Shown here: piece by piece, positions 1-12,253 of the stretch
Layout of the letters: the number at the start of each line of letters is the position of its first letter
Position numbering within the stretch: position 1 is the first letter of the stretch
Source: Ramazzottius varieornatus
Lineage: Eukaryota; Animalia; Tardigrada
Reading direction: 5' to 3'
DNA: 64,000 nt
Assembly (NCBI GenBank): GCA_001949185.1
Contig: BDGG01000002.1
Coordinates: forward strand, 3,221,826 to 3,285,825
Program-made: the position numbers and the translations under genes
The notes under the pieces: generated by a model
Seen by the model: only the letters and a program-made list of their open reading frames with translations
Database searches by the model: none
Told to the model about the DNA's origin: nothing

Positions 1-2066
1 GAACTTTTCCGCTGCTTCCAAGATGTGTTATTGAAGATTTCAAAGGACGAGGATAATGCCTTATCGTTTACGTCACAAGAAACGGTGAATAAACCACACA
101 TGTATGATGAAGCAAAAAGAAAGGCGAATGCCGCCTACTTTCTGTATCGAGAGAAATTTATGGATAGTTTTCCGGGCTGGACCACAAAGCCAAAATATCA
201 TTTCCTTGTCGAAGATATCCTGGAAAAATCTTTCGCAAGCACAAAAATTGTTACTGACGGAATGAAGCCAAGCCAGTAACCGTATAAACCAGTTTCATGC
301 ACTAAAAAGTCCCCGTGGGTGGTCCGGCAGGGTTTTTTCCTACGAGTTGCACTGTGGGTAGGAGGTGACTAGGGTGGCTAGGAGGTCTCGCTTCTGCGTG
401 AGGGCTATCCGAGTAATCTGATCTTCGGTGACAAGGGCTGATTTTTCGATCAGCACGACCCTTTCGCGGAAGTGCATACAGGCAGGTTTCGAGCTACATG
501 GAGCCGGCACCCATAAGGAATGTATCGTTCCGAGCTCCTTGCCGTGACCGAACTTGAAGGTGGAGGTACAGTACTATCGGGCACCAAATCCCGATCCGTG
601 CATTACAGGTCAAGTTCGATCTGCCAGGGTGTAAAGAAATCAACACTGACACACTCTGGTGTGAGAAATTGCTCTCGGGTGCCTCCAGCTATCCTGTGTA
701 GTCGAACCAAGACGGAACCCTTTTGCTAGAAGCGCAAACTGTTTCAATGTCTAGCCGTACTACTACTCATGAAAATGGCGGTTCACTGGATGGCGTGCTG
801 TTCTGTAAACAGTACCCGGTCGTTCGCAGTCCGTGACTTACCTTCTTGGGGTTGTTTTCCATAGTAGAGTTTTGAGGGGTTGAACCAAGTGATACCTTCT
901 GATGTAAGACGAAAACTGGGTGTCAGATATTGAGTAAGCGTTTCGAGCATGCATGCTGCAGACCGGTGGCATTCGAGAAGGAGATTCACACTGCAGAATA
1001 GAGACTGGTCCCCGGTGATGGTGTAGAACTTCTTCTCTTCATGACCAGCGACGGCGGGAGAACTGTTGATGTGGTACCCGACCGTGCATGTGGGACATTC
1101 ATTATCCCACAGGTGAAGCGTTCCCCATCGATAAACTACGAATCCCTGCGCTTTCTAATTATAAGCCTAGGTCTTGAGAAGCGAAGCTGAAATTTGGGGT
1201 TTACGTCTTCTTGACTTTCGCAGCGGTAGGTTTTCCATGGACACGTCGTGTTTGGTCTTGATGCTTTCTGTTCAACGAACACCGATTGCTCATTTCACAT
1301 GTGTCGACATCGAATAAGATGGCCCTACCAGCAGAACAAACAAAGATCGCAAATGGCCGTCGCCGTTAACTGAGTATGCATGTCGCCTCGTCCGTAATGA
1401 GAAAGGCTGGATGATTTAAGTCGCCAGCCTGTAACATTACCAGCAAAAGGGCTGCATAATCTCCAGAATTCCTTTCGTGGTTTAACCGGCTTTCCCCACT
1501 TGTAAACAGCCAGGTTGTCGAATGCCGCCATTGGATACATGTCTGAAACATGGGAACATGTCAAAAGGCGGGATTGTATCACACTCGCTCATATGGCCCA
1601 TAAGTTGACTCGTCCCCAGTCCGAAATCCGATATTTTTTCTCCGTCCGTTGCAATTTGACACAAGGTATGAGAACGCCCTGACCTTGTTTTATCATCCAA
1701 AAATTGCACTATGGGACGAAACGCAATGTTTGCCGTATGAACAAGCCCTGCATCTGATTAATCCAGGCTAGCGCTTTGCGGCATACTGTATTTTCTTAGA
1801 ATGGACCAGTGACGTCAATTTGATCAACACTGTCACCGAGCAATAAAAACCAGAACGAAATTAGCTCATGGCGATCCGCATTGTTTTGGTGGGAAACGAC
1901 AGGAACTCTTACTGACACCACAGACAAGCCTAATCCTCGCCTACCGTTTGTATGTATCGTTCTTGTGCTAATACGGAATACCGATATCGTACTAAGCTCG
2001 AGATCATGACCATAAAATCTGTCGTTAAAATCCTGTCGTTGAAATCTCTAAGAATTGACCGCCAAA

Positions 2067-4602
2067 ATGGCACACTTTTTTTGTTTTAACCTGCTGCTCT
2101 TCATGCATTACTTCCGGCTTGGTGGTTCGTGGCTTTTTCCTAATGATGATTGGGCTCGGCAATCCAACGACGATCCTGTGACACCCAAAGCTAAAGCCAG
2201 GGTATTCGATCGACCCTTCGTCGCAGTCGTTCTGTTGGCCGTGGGGGACACGAAGACTATTACACCACCAGCTTACAGCCAGATTCCTCCAGACTCCATG
2301 AGAATATACTACAATATCACGGGGAACGGACACCCTCTGAGAGTACGTGAAACTTGTTTCAGTTCCTTCGTGGCTATAAGCTTGTTGCCGTTGCGACGGT
2401 TATCTTCAGATTACAACCACACGTATGGAAATGGGAGATGATCTGAGCGTCTGCACACCGGGAACCCAAGTTCGAGTCACCGACCAGAGATGTAACGTCA
2501 CTGTCTATTGTGTTCAGTGGTTTTTGTATTGTATAATTCGTAGTCTTTACGACGACTTTGTATCTTAGCTCATTTTAGAAGATCCTCGCGCTATTCTGGC
2601 GGCAGCCTGTGGGACAAAGGGTTTCGACGTCAAATCTTACAGCGACAGTGTAGTAAGTTGCTCTCGTCGTCCAGTGTTTGGTGGTCACTTTATAGAGTTC
2701 GATTTCACAACTGGTTCGATTGGCATCTATAGGATTTGGTGTACCTCACTCAGAAAGCGGAATATCAGTTTGAGTTCACAGTCACAGGTAGGAATCATGG
2801 CGAATCTGCCAGACAGACACAAGTTTCTGGCCGTTTTGACAGTGTGTTATCTATTGGCTCTGCAGTTATTGCATGTGGGCAGGATGACTATACATGCTCA
2901 TCTGACTCATCTAAATGTATCCCCTTGGAGAAAATGTGTGACGGTAATGAGGACTGCAAGGGTGACAAAAGGCGCATAATTATAACATCAAACGAATGTA
3001 TGGTACCGCAGGTCGACCGGATTGTCCGAGTGGGGAAGACGAGGTTTGCACGAACAAGTGTGGGATACCCGACACCAAACACAGGAAACAGTTTGCCTCA
3101 GTAGGCAATCGCATTATCGGTGGGGAAGAAGTGCGTAGCTTTTCTCATCTTCTTGAGGCATGGTTTGAAGTTCCTTAAGGTATATCTCGTCTACGTTTCT
3201 CTGTAGGTTAAAGCTGCAGTTTGGCCTTGGCAAGTTATGCTCATCAATGAACCGAAAAATCAGATGTGCGGCGGAAGTATAGTAAGCTCAGGTTCTCACA
3301 CGATCTTCGGCTGTTACCCTGTTCGCAACTGTAGCCGTTGTAGGTTAACACGCAGTGGATACTGTCTGCGGGCCATTGTTGCAAAGCCACAGGCACTCAA
3401 GAGTAATGCTTGTCGTGCGCTGTAGCCAGTCGTTTGCTACCCTTACAGCTTTCTTGGTGGAGTAATGAGATGTTTCGTTTATCAGTGTTTATGACCCCAG
3501 TGGGTTAGTCGTCTACGCGGGTATTCTGGACCGATCGAAAATTACGCCGGCCGACAAGAGGCGCGTCGAGAAGATATTTGTCGATCCCAGTTACGTCAGT
3601 GAGATGAACTGGATGATGAAGGGGCCCAACTATGACTTTTGCTTACTAAAGCTGACTGAGGTTTGTTGAGAGCTTCATAATCGCCGAATAGTTACATCTA
3701 ACAAATTTGAGTTTAGCCGCTCAAGTTCAGCTCAACGATTGCGCCGGTCTGTCTGGGACGCATGCCGGATCCGCCGCCCAAGATCACATGCTTCACGTCC
3801 GGTTGGGGCAACACCCTCGCAGACGACAAAGGGTCAGGTGACAAGACCAGTCAGATCCTGAAAGAAGCAGAGATCCTCCTTCACCCACTGTCCTACTGTG
3901 TAGGCAAAGGACCGGACCAATATCGATCCATGACACCAGAAGCATTGTGCGCGGGCAGAATTCCCAACGACGCGTAAGAGCCTGTACGGTATGGACAGAA
4001 AATGGTCAAGGTGAAATTACTTCCGTTGCAGGTGTCAGGGCGATAGCGGTGGACCATTAGTCTGTCGGGTACCCGCATCCGACCCTCTTCAGTGGCAGCT
4101 TGTCGGTGTCACTTCCTTTGGCGCGTAAGCATGGCGAATACATATGTGTCATTATTTCTCCCAGATCTGCGCCGCTCGGAAAAACTATCTGGGTGCATTC
4201 GTTCACTGACGCACTGTACCAATTATCTGTAATGAGAAAGTACTTGAAGCGATGATTAGTTGACTTTTCAGTGCCTGTGGCAAAGGGCATCCAGGTGTGT
4301 ATGGCAAAACTCGCCGAGCCTTACCGTTCATAGCTAAGACGGTGCACGATGAAGGGAAGGCCGGCTGGACATTAGACACCAGTCTGCCGTCCATGGATCA
4401 GTTGACGTTCCGCGCAGTGGACTATGCCATAAAGAATGATAAAGTGGAAGACGAGTCCGAGTCTTTCTATGGAGGCCAGAAGTTCGTCGAGGAGCCTGCC
4501 GGGGTTGCAAACCCGGCGCTCCGTTCGCCAAGACTAGCAATACTTTGTTGGGTATCCTTTGCGATTTGGTTGCTTTTAACATTGAGCCTTTGTCATCTTT
4601 GA
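2067..4602 (+). CDS. Multi-exon S1A (trypsin-like) serine protease: signal peptide, divergent CUB-like domain, LDLa repeat, protease domain, hydrophobic C-terminus (GPI/TM-like)
   Basis: Exon translations give [12 protein letters not shown] (signal), [32 protein letters not shown] (LDLa), activation site NR/IIGG, WPWQV, CGGS, LSAGHC, YDFCLL, SGWG, NDA|CQGDSGGP and C-terminal [26 protein letters not shown] introns separate the pieces. Confidence 0.9.
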
Positions 4603-4712
4603 ACCATCACAAGATCCGCATCTCGGTCAAGAGTGTGGCTCGGTTGTTGCTGGTGTTACCAAGCATCGATTGAGACAGAACTTGCTTACAAGACATTTTC
4701 GGAACCTCATAA

Positions 4713-7123
4713 ATAGTTTCGCAACGGTCGGTACTTGCACTATGCATATTAAGTTGTATTAACTGCGCCATGTTTAACACCAAAGATACTGTTCCCCCGA
4801 GCTTCTGGAGGATGTTTCTGGGGTTTGCCGTTAACACCAGTGCACCTCCCTGTACGGCTGAAACTGGTGGAGCCTCAGTTGTTATTGATCTGGACAGAGT
4901 AGGCGTAACAAGGACCATTTCGATAACGAATGCAACATTGAGCCCACGAATGTACATTATAAGGGGAAACGGTTATCCTATTCGGGTTAGCTAGAACACC
5001 GGTATTTTTCTGATCTGATAAACTGCTCTTGTGTGCGCAAGCTGTTCCGTAGGTTCGTTCACTGACCATGAAAATGGGTGAGGATTTCCTAGGAGAGGAC
5101 GAGGACGACGGCGTATGCCTGCCAGAGAACAAGTTGATGATCACTGACTCGAAATGTACAGTAAGCGCATAAACGCAGCCAAGATCGCGGTAAAGCGAAT
5201 GCACTAAAGGCGGCGTTGATAGTGAGTTTTGTTTGTGAAGTGTAGACCCGGAATACCCGATGGTAGCTACGTGCGGTGCGCTGGGATTTAACAGAACGTC
5301 GTACAGTGACCAACTGGTACGTGCAGAAAATCAGACGCCGTTTTTTTCCAGCAGCAGAAACCGAATTTCAAGCTCGAAGACTCTGCTCTGTAGAACATCA
5401 CATACAGCATGTCTGCTGGGAACGAATTCTCCATTGAAGTGACAGGCAAGCAGCTCGGCGTGAAATACAACTTGAGATTAATATTTTTCTGCTGAAGAAC
5501 ATGTTCTCGTTGCAGCGATTGCGTGTGCGGCAGATAGTTTTACATGCTCTTCAAATAAGGCTAAATGTGTACGTGCGGACCAATTGTGCGACGGTAAGCA
5601 AATGACTCTACGCTGCTGTTCTCAGTATGTGAGCACATGCAGGCGGAATGTTTCAGGCCGTCGAGACTGTCCAGAAGGTGAAGATGAAATTTGTTCCGAG
5701 CAATGCGGCTTATCCGAGAAGGACTACACTCGTGCAAAGTCGAACACATTCTCCAACCGGATAGTTGGTGGTGAAGAGTCCGTACCTAATGCTTGGCCAT
5801 GGCAAGTACTGTTGAACATCATGGGTCCCACGACGAACCACACGTGTGGCGGAAGTATTGTGCGTCTTTCTCTCGTATCCGCTTTTAACGTACTGTACAA
5901 TCATGTCACAGAATTTTCAGATCAGCCAACAATGGGTCCTTACCGCTGCGCACTGCTGTTACAAACGATCCGTGACTCTAAATCTATTACAGTGCGGTAC
6001 CCGAAACGGAATCTTACCTTTTGCTCAACTACGATGACCATAACTCAGTATTTAGACCGTTCAAAGCCAACGCTATGGAAGTTTGGGTTGGGCTACATGA
6101 TCGCCGCACGGTCAACCGAAAGCGCCAGATTATGACCGTGATGAAAATCTTCCCAAATCCATCGTACACCGAAAGGTACAACTATGTGCTACCGGCGCTC
6201 AACCATGACACGTGCTTGTTGCTGCTAACCCAGGTAACCTCATGTCAGTAAACAGTAGCGGTGGTGGACTAACCTATCTCTGTCTGTAGCCCCTCAACTA
6301 CAGTTCGAAAGTGCAACCTGTCTGCTTGGCTCAGTTGCCCGAACCGCCACCTGGTACCCCATGTTTCATCTCGGGATGGGGTAATGTGCAGGAAGCAGAA
6401 TACGGTGATAATACTGACTACACCAGTCCCGTACTTCGTGAGGCTGTAGTGAACGTCGCTACAGTCAATCAATGCGTCAACAGTGACCATTATCCTGGGC
6501 TAACACCGGAGATGGTCTGTGCTGGAAGAGATGCCAAAGACACGTAGGTCCAGCCTCTAATTTCTGCAGTTGCGCGGTCAGTCATTTATCGGTGTTACAG
6601 ATGTCAAGGGGATAGCGGCGGACCATTGGTTTGTCGAGTTCCGGCTTCGAACCCGATCAAATGGGCGTTGGCTGGTGTGACATCTTTCGGCGCGTAAGCA
6701 ATTCGCTCAGAATGTATCTTTCTGCGGCTGAGATGAACCAATTTCGCACACTATAGGGGATGTGCGAAGCATCCAGGAATTTATGCGCGCACTCGAAGAG
6801 CGCTACCGTGGATCGCAGATCTGCTCTATAATCTTTCTTACACGGGATGGTTTATGAACGTGACCGTCAAGCCGTACGATCCATCGCTTAAGTACACGAA
6901 GAAAGACTATGCAGTTGTCATACCGAAAGAGAATGGTTCAGTTCACATACCGGATTTTGAAACAACGGACTTGCAGCCAGGTGGAAGTTTGCCATTGCAG
7001 CTGAATGCAGCAGAAAACGGGCGGAAGAACGAATCTGTGTACCCTTCGACTTGCTCGTTAGCGCAACCGGGCTTACTAATTTTGCTGACCGCACTGGTGA
7101 CTGTCGTACAGAACATTAAGTGA
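4713..7123 (+). CDS. Tandem paralog of the upstream CUB-like/LDLa/trypsin protease
   Basis: NR/IVGG, AWPWQV, TAAHC, HDTCLL, SGWG, KDT|CQGDSGGP, LDLa [18 protein letters not shown] and C-terminal [13 protein letters not shown]-terminal exons match gene 1 ([15 protein letters not shown] vs [15 protein letters not shown]). Start is uncertain: the signal-like segment begins at ATA 4713 and the first in-frame ATG is at 4770. Confidence 0.88.
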
Positions 7124-7214
7124 TTGATTAACCATTTTTTCGAAGTTTTAGAAGGTTGAATTTGTTTTAGAACACCGAATTGGTTGTAAGATTGATGGTT
7201 CACACTATCTGGAG

Positions 7215-7275
7215 TATACGCACGACAAGAAATTATGGGTCAGGCGGAAAAGACCGCAAAAGCGAAAAGTGTCCT
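7215..7275 (+). mobile_element. Terminal fragment related to the MITE at 20144
   Basis: TA-TACGCACGAC..AAATTATGGGTCAGGCGGAAAAGAC resembles the left end of 20144-20345. Confidence 0.45.
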
Positions 7276-8166
7276 AATGGGCGGTGTCCAGGGTTGCCTC
7301 CTTTCAATCTTTGACGGCAATTTATTGCAGGCTTCGCTCCCGATGCGCTTCCATACCCCAGACACTGCAGACTCTCTCAAGCCATAGCCTTCCTTCGTCA
7401 AACTCTCCGCTGTCATGCTGCGACTGTAATTGAATTTTCATCGAAGCCAAAATGCGAACTCTTTGGTCGTCAGAATTCGGGGAAGGCATTTTCAACTTCG
7501 CGAGAAATTCCAAAATGGTGAAGAGAAAGCCCAGAAGATTATTGATCAGTCGATCCAGAATTCAGTCGAATCGGTTGATTGGGGATTTTTCTATACGAGT
7601 TCAAAATCTGTCCAAATAGTAGGGATCACCCTGTATTGCTCATCGTGACTTCGCCTAGATGGCTGGCTACTCTGAAGAACTCGCCAAAACGTTTCACGGG
7701 TTCGATCCGGGTCTTTCTTCATGACTCCTGACAACGACAGTGCACAACCTCGAATAGAGTTTTCTCCGAGTTTCAGTGAAGAATCAATTTTGCTAGCTAA
7801 AGATCATCCAAGACCTATTTATGTTCTGTACAGCTCTAACCCAGTACCGGTAGTGTCAAGGGAAGCCTCGCAGCATTTGACAGCACAGCCGACCGCGCTG
7901 TCACAGGTCGCAGTTTATCTCAGCGGGAAACAAATACCCGCTACTCCAGATAGTATTTTTCCCCTAGTGCCGTCCCATCGCCAGGGGCCACCACCCGTTA
8001 AAGAAGATGTCCATGACTTAACGTAGAACAAGTCTAAACGTGCATCAGTTCGTAGGCAGAAGCGGAACATTCGACTGACCTAGTTTTGTGAGCTGATCGA
8101 CCATCACGCTCCACAATACGTCAATCAAACTAAGCGTATGTAATCAATCGCTTATTTCAATACTGC

Positions 8167-9212
8167 CTATAAACTGACAGTATCTGAGGCTGGAGTTCTA
8201 ATCTGGAACAATGTTGATAACACCCAGTGTGCTGTTGGCTCCTCCGCCCATTCCAGCACTCGCAACCGAACTCTGCGCCGCGGCAAAGTCAGAACATTAC
8301 CGTTGCTCCCCACTATTGCGACTTCAGCGTCCACTAGGCTTCCAGTGTTAATATCGGGAAGCTGCACCCCAATGACTGCGCAAATACCAACCAAGAAATC
8401 GGTAGCAGAACAAACCCCTTACCGCCCCCATTTCCGTTCCCTCCGTTACCGCCATTTCCACCTCCATTGTAGCCACCATTGCTTCCGCCGACACCGCTGT
8501 TTCCATTTCCGTTGTTACCTATCCCTCCGGCCGGATTGACGACGACGTTGCCATTGCTTCCGATACTAAAACCGTTCGCACCGAAGAGACTCATAAGTGT
8601 AGCCGACTGTGCGCTAGTCGCCATTGCACTACCGCCCATGCCGCTGTTACCAGCTATAGTACCTACCACCATGCCACCATTTCCGAAAAATATGTTACTG
8701 ACATACTGGTTAAAGACGGGCAACCTGATCTTCTTCTCGTTGCTGTTGCTGTTGTTGCTGTTGTTGTTGCTATAGCTGAGCGGATTTGAATACGAGGTAC
8801 TGCTACCCGCTATGCGGGGACTGCATGCTGCTTCCGTACGAAGGGCTCGGATAGGCGGATGCGGGCATCGCTGGAGAAGCGTAATATCCGTAGGAAGGGC
8901 TGCCGCGTGTGGAAGCAGGAATGACTGGCACGCCTTGATAAATTGGAGCTGGTGCCATCGGAGCTGGTCCGCCGTAGATTCCATGGGTAGGATTCTGGTA
9001 CGTCTGAACTGAGGCGGGTGGCAAGGCGTAGGAAGGGCTCTGATATGAAGAAGAGGGCGTCGATACCGAAGGATAACCACCATACGAGGGACTCCGGTAG
9101 GCAGAAGTCGGTGTTGCCGGCGGACTGTATTCTCCGCCGTACGAAGCCTGACCGTACTGGGCACTAGCCGCTTTGGTTAAGCAGCAAACATTATAGCCGT
9201 CAGCAACCACAT
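8167..9212 (-). CDS. Secreted low-complexity Tyr/Pro/Ser-rich then Gly/Asn-rich protein (structural/cuticle-like), with two 1-nt frameshifts
   Basis: ATG 9212 gives MWLLTAIMF, and a 1-nt shift at the T run 9186-9188 continues CCLTKAASAQ (signal peptide). YGQASYGG..SPSY repeats follow, a second shift at the G run 8806-8808 enters the NGG/GNG-rich frame, and intron 8422-8376 joins a final exon ending at 8167. Confidence 0.6.
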
Positions 9213-10029
9213 TTCTGCTGGGTAGAGTTCCAGATAAACAACAGAAATGAACCACATCCGAGGACAAAATGAAGTAAGGTCTATTAACACCCTGATTACC
9301 ACCGTACTCATTGTGAGTACAATACGGCACTCTTCCGCTCCCAATAATTTCCATTTTGCCCGGTTTGAATCAAACTTTTTTTCTTTGCCTGGTCTGCGGT
9401 CTTATCACAGAAGGGCAGCTGATAACCACTGGTCAGTACAACTTCCGCAGGCTGGAAAACATCCTTACAATTTCGGGCAGTTTCGGGGGTATGTTAGATT
9501 TCATGTCTTTGCTCGAGATACATACCTACCATCTGTTTAGAAAAAAATTGAAACATTAAGGAGAGCTTCCTCTACCGATACTAGGCTTGGGGTGAACTTG
9601 GTGTCATCGGTGCGTCCAGAAAAAAATCAAAACGGCCACGGCTACTTTTCCCAAGTTGGCCTTTGCGGCCTGTCAATCTCAACAATTTCGAAATTCTGAA
9701 AGTTGTCTATTGGTTAATTTGGGGTACGCCTTCCCTCTTCCTCCAGTCAAAGTTTTGTGCTCACAGTGAGTACGCTAGTAATCTGCCGACACAAAAAGCT
9801 TGGTATTCAGGGTGTTAAACAGAGTGAATAAGAAACCCCAAATTGACGATTTACGCCGCGAACAGACGCGCACTCGGACGAGCGAACGTTAAACGCACAT
9901 CCCCGAGAGCCAGCTTTCAAGGCTAACGAGTCAGATCAGATGGCAGTGTGCTTGACTCTGCTCGTATGGTGGAACGGTTTTTCCCCACCAGTTTGTAGCT
10001 GTTTACCACAACAGAACAGTGGTGAACAT

Positions 10030-11206
10030 CAAGAAGATGAGTAAGATTACTACAAAAGAGTTTCTCCGAACAGATCAGCATGAATTTTTCTTACAATAGA
10101 GATTAGCTGCCATCTCTGACTATGAAAACTGATGTCTAAAAAATCTGGCTTTTTTCTCGTAGGCGCGAAGAATGTTGAAGCCGGTGGCCAGTCGATTAAC
10201 TCCACCACCCATTCCTATACGATACAGCCAGTGGTTTCCATGAGTGGAGAATGGAAGGTACCTGTATTGTTTATGGTAATGCAAGAGTCAGGCGGGAGGT
10301 CCGGACCTATCGTCGCGAAGAAAGTAGAAAGTGTTACAAGGAAGTGTGGTAACGTATACGTTACAGCTTCGTCATCCGGAACAGTTACGAAGGAGCTACT
10401 GCGCGAATTTTTCGAGAGAGTGTACGGGGAGCACGTCGACGAGGATACTGTGTAGCTGGTCGATTCGTTCTCAACGTACAAAGATCGGCAGTTCTTGCAA
10501 AACATGCAGCACAAAGTCGAGTTGCTCACTATTCCTCCAAAAACGACTGGTCTCGTCCAGCCGCTCGACGTCTACGGCTTTGGAAAAGCTACTTGGAAAA
10601 GCTACTTCCGGATGTGCTTCGAAAGATTTCTGATTGACATGATTGACTTCGAGTTATTTCATAGAGAAAATTGTATAGTCGCTAATTTCCAGACAGTTTA
10701 CTTCTCATCGTGACACTAATCTGTGGAAGTATTCCTTTCACAAGTCCGGGTGCTCCGACGAAAAACCCGATGTGTTCCCCGATCCGGTCGAGTTTGCTTT
10801 CCCGAAAAGCGCCCTCTATTGTGATTGTTGCGAACCTCGCAAACTACAGTTCGTCAGATGCTCCTGATGTAAGGACACGTTGTGTTTTGACTGCTTTGTG
10901 ACTGACTATCACAACTGTGAAAAGTTTTTACCATAAAACCGGTTTATGTGAGTCTGTCTTATCGTCCTGTATCGATTTCTCTTCGTGTGAATACGAAGCA
11001 GTCGGAAATCCTGATTTTTGGAACTAGTTCATGGTGTTTCCATATATTTTCAGTTAATAAACCGATGTCTTCGAGAATTTCTGTGGAGACAGGGCATGGT
11101 TATTCGTCGTTCTTCCTGATACTTTGTAGAGAGCCATGAGTATCAGCTATCACGTGAAATCATTTCTATCGTGATCGGCGAGTGACATGGTCTGAAGGTT
11201 CCCTCG
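10030..11206 (+). mobile_element. Degenerate Tc4/Tc5-like (pogo-group, DDE_1) transposon, 5' truncated
   Basis: THSYTIQP, LVDSFSTY, IPPKTTGLVQPLDVYGF motifs with a stop and frameshifts, plus a Cys-rich C-terminus. The right end CCCTCG|TCAG matches the end of element 56622-57689. Confidence 0.75.
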
Positions 11207-11396
11207 TCAGCACGATAAACTGCCGTATTCTACTGCACGCTTTGCTTCGCACTTTCAGGTTCAAAAGGCCGATAGCTGATCTGACGTGAAGCATTTTACA
11301 TTGTACAATACTACATTAGTACTGCAGGTTTTGCGAAGCTGCGATATATCCTCACTAGTTTCATCAGCAACGGTATCGGAGCAAAAGCAACTCAAA

Positions 11397-12253
11397 ATGG
11401 CCACCCATGCTCCTCGATGTTGGTATTTGAGTCCAGCTATCAAGAAGGATCAACATCGCTTCGAGAAAAATCAGGATCCCGGTGAGCCGCGGTTACTGAC
11501 GGACGAAGAAGTGTACATCGAGACCGAAGTCATCGTCGGCTACGTAAGTATACTCTTACCACGAGTGATACCTTCGAATTGTGTTCTATCATTGCCGGCT
11601 TCTTCTTAGCTGCCGCTGAACTCCACCGACGACAAGAAGATCGAGGAACAGGCTAGGGAAATCATGAACATGGGATATGCGGTCACTATCGAAGTTGACG
11701 CGGAAAAGGACGGAGAAGAAGCTTTCGAGAAAACAGTAAAACAAATATAACTCGGGATGCCCATCCTAGGACAGGTTTTTTCCCCGGTGTTTCATGTTTT
11801 TCGTATTGTCATCCCCTATTTTACAGACGGAAGGGTTTTGGGAACCCCATGTTCACAACCAGCCTTCCATCCGTTTGACAACCAGAGGTTCAACATACGT
11901 GGATACTTTGGACATCAACGGGCGAATGATCCGCATTCATCTGCAGCGCCCTGGGGAATACGCTATTCTGCCGGAAGGTAAACTGGCATTTTCCGGTCGT
12001 TCTTGCGGTCAAAAAAACAAATGCGTCAAAGTTCTGCATTACAGGAAATTTTCATCGTGTCTGTCCGGATACGAATAAGCACGTTAAGATGTGCATCATG
12101 TTCTACGACAAGAGCGGGTGGAATCAGCACAAGTACCCGGAAGGAGACCAGACTGATTCGTACAAGCGTTATAAGGACCGAATGCTGGCTGTACGAAGAT
12201 CTTTGGATTTCCCGTACAAGAAAGGACCGGTTTCCGTCAACGCTAAGCTATAA
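11397..12253 (+). CDS. Acireductone dioxygenase (ARD/ADI1)-like cupin, divergent; 4 exons (11397-11543, 11610-11735, 11827-11977, 12045-12253)
   Basis: The spliced ORF is intact: MATHAPRCWYL..FWEPHVHNQPSIRLTTRGSTYVDTLDINGRMIRIHLQRPGEYAILPEGNFHRVCPD..GWNQH. This parallels the ADI1 pattern AWYM..EEHLH...EIR..GSGYFDVRD..WIRI..GD...LPAGIYHRF. Confidence 0.8.

Noticed and set aside
25-279. ORF with a faint HMG-box-like ending (FMDSFPGW)
   Set aside because: It lies at the window edge and the resemblance is only a few residues.
783-1709. KISDFGLG suggesting a protein kinase, and possible minus-strand exons (VYKWG, VYRWG)
   Set aside because: No HRD, APE or Gly-loop motifs are nearby and I could not build a coherent gene.
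8479-8775. Pro/Leu-rich plus-strand ORF with poly-Leu
   Set aside because: It is the antisense shadow of the Gly/Asn-rich minus-strand gene.
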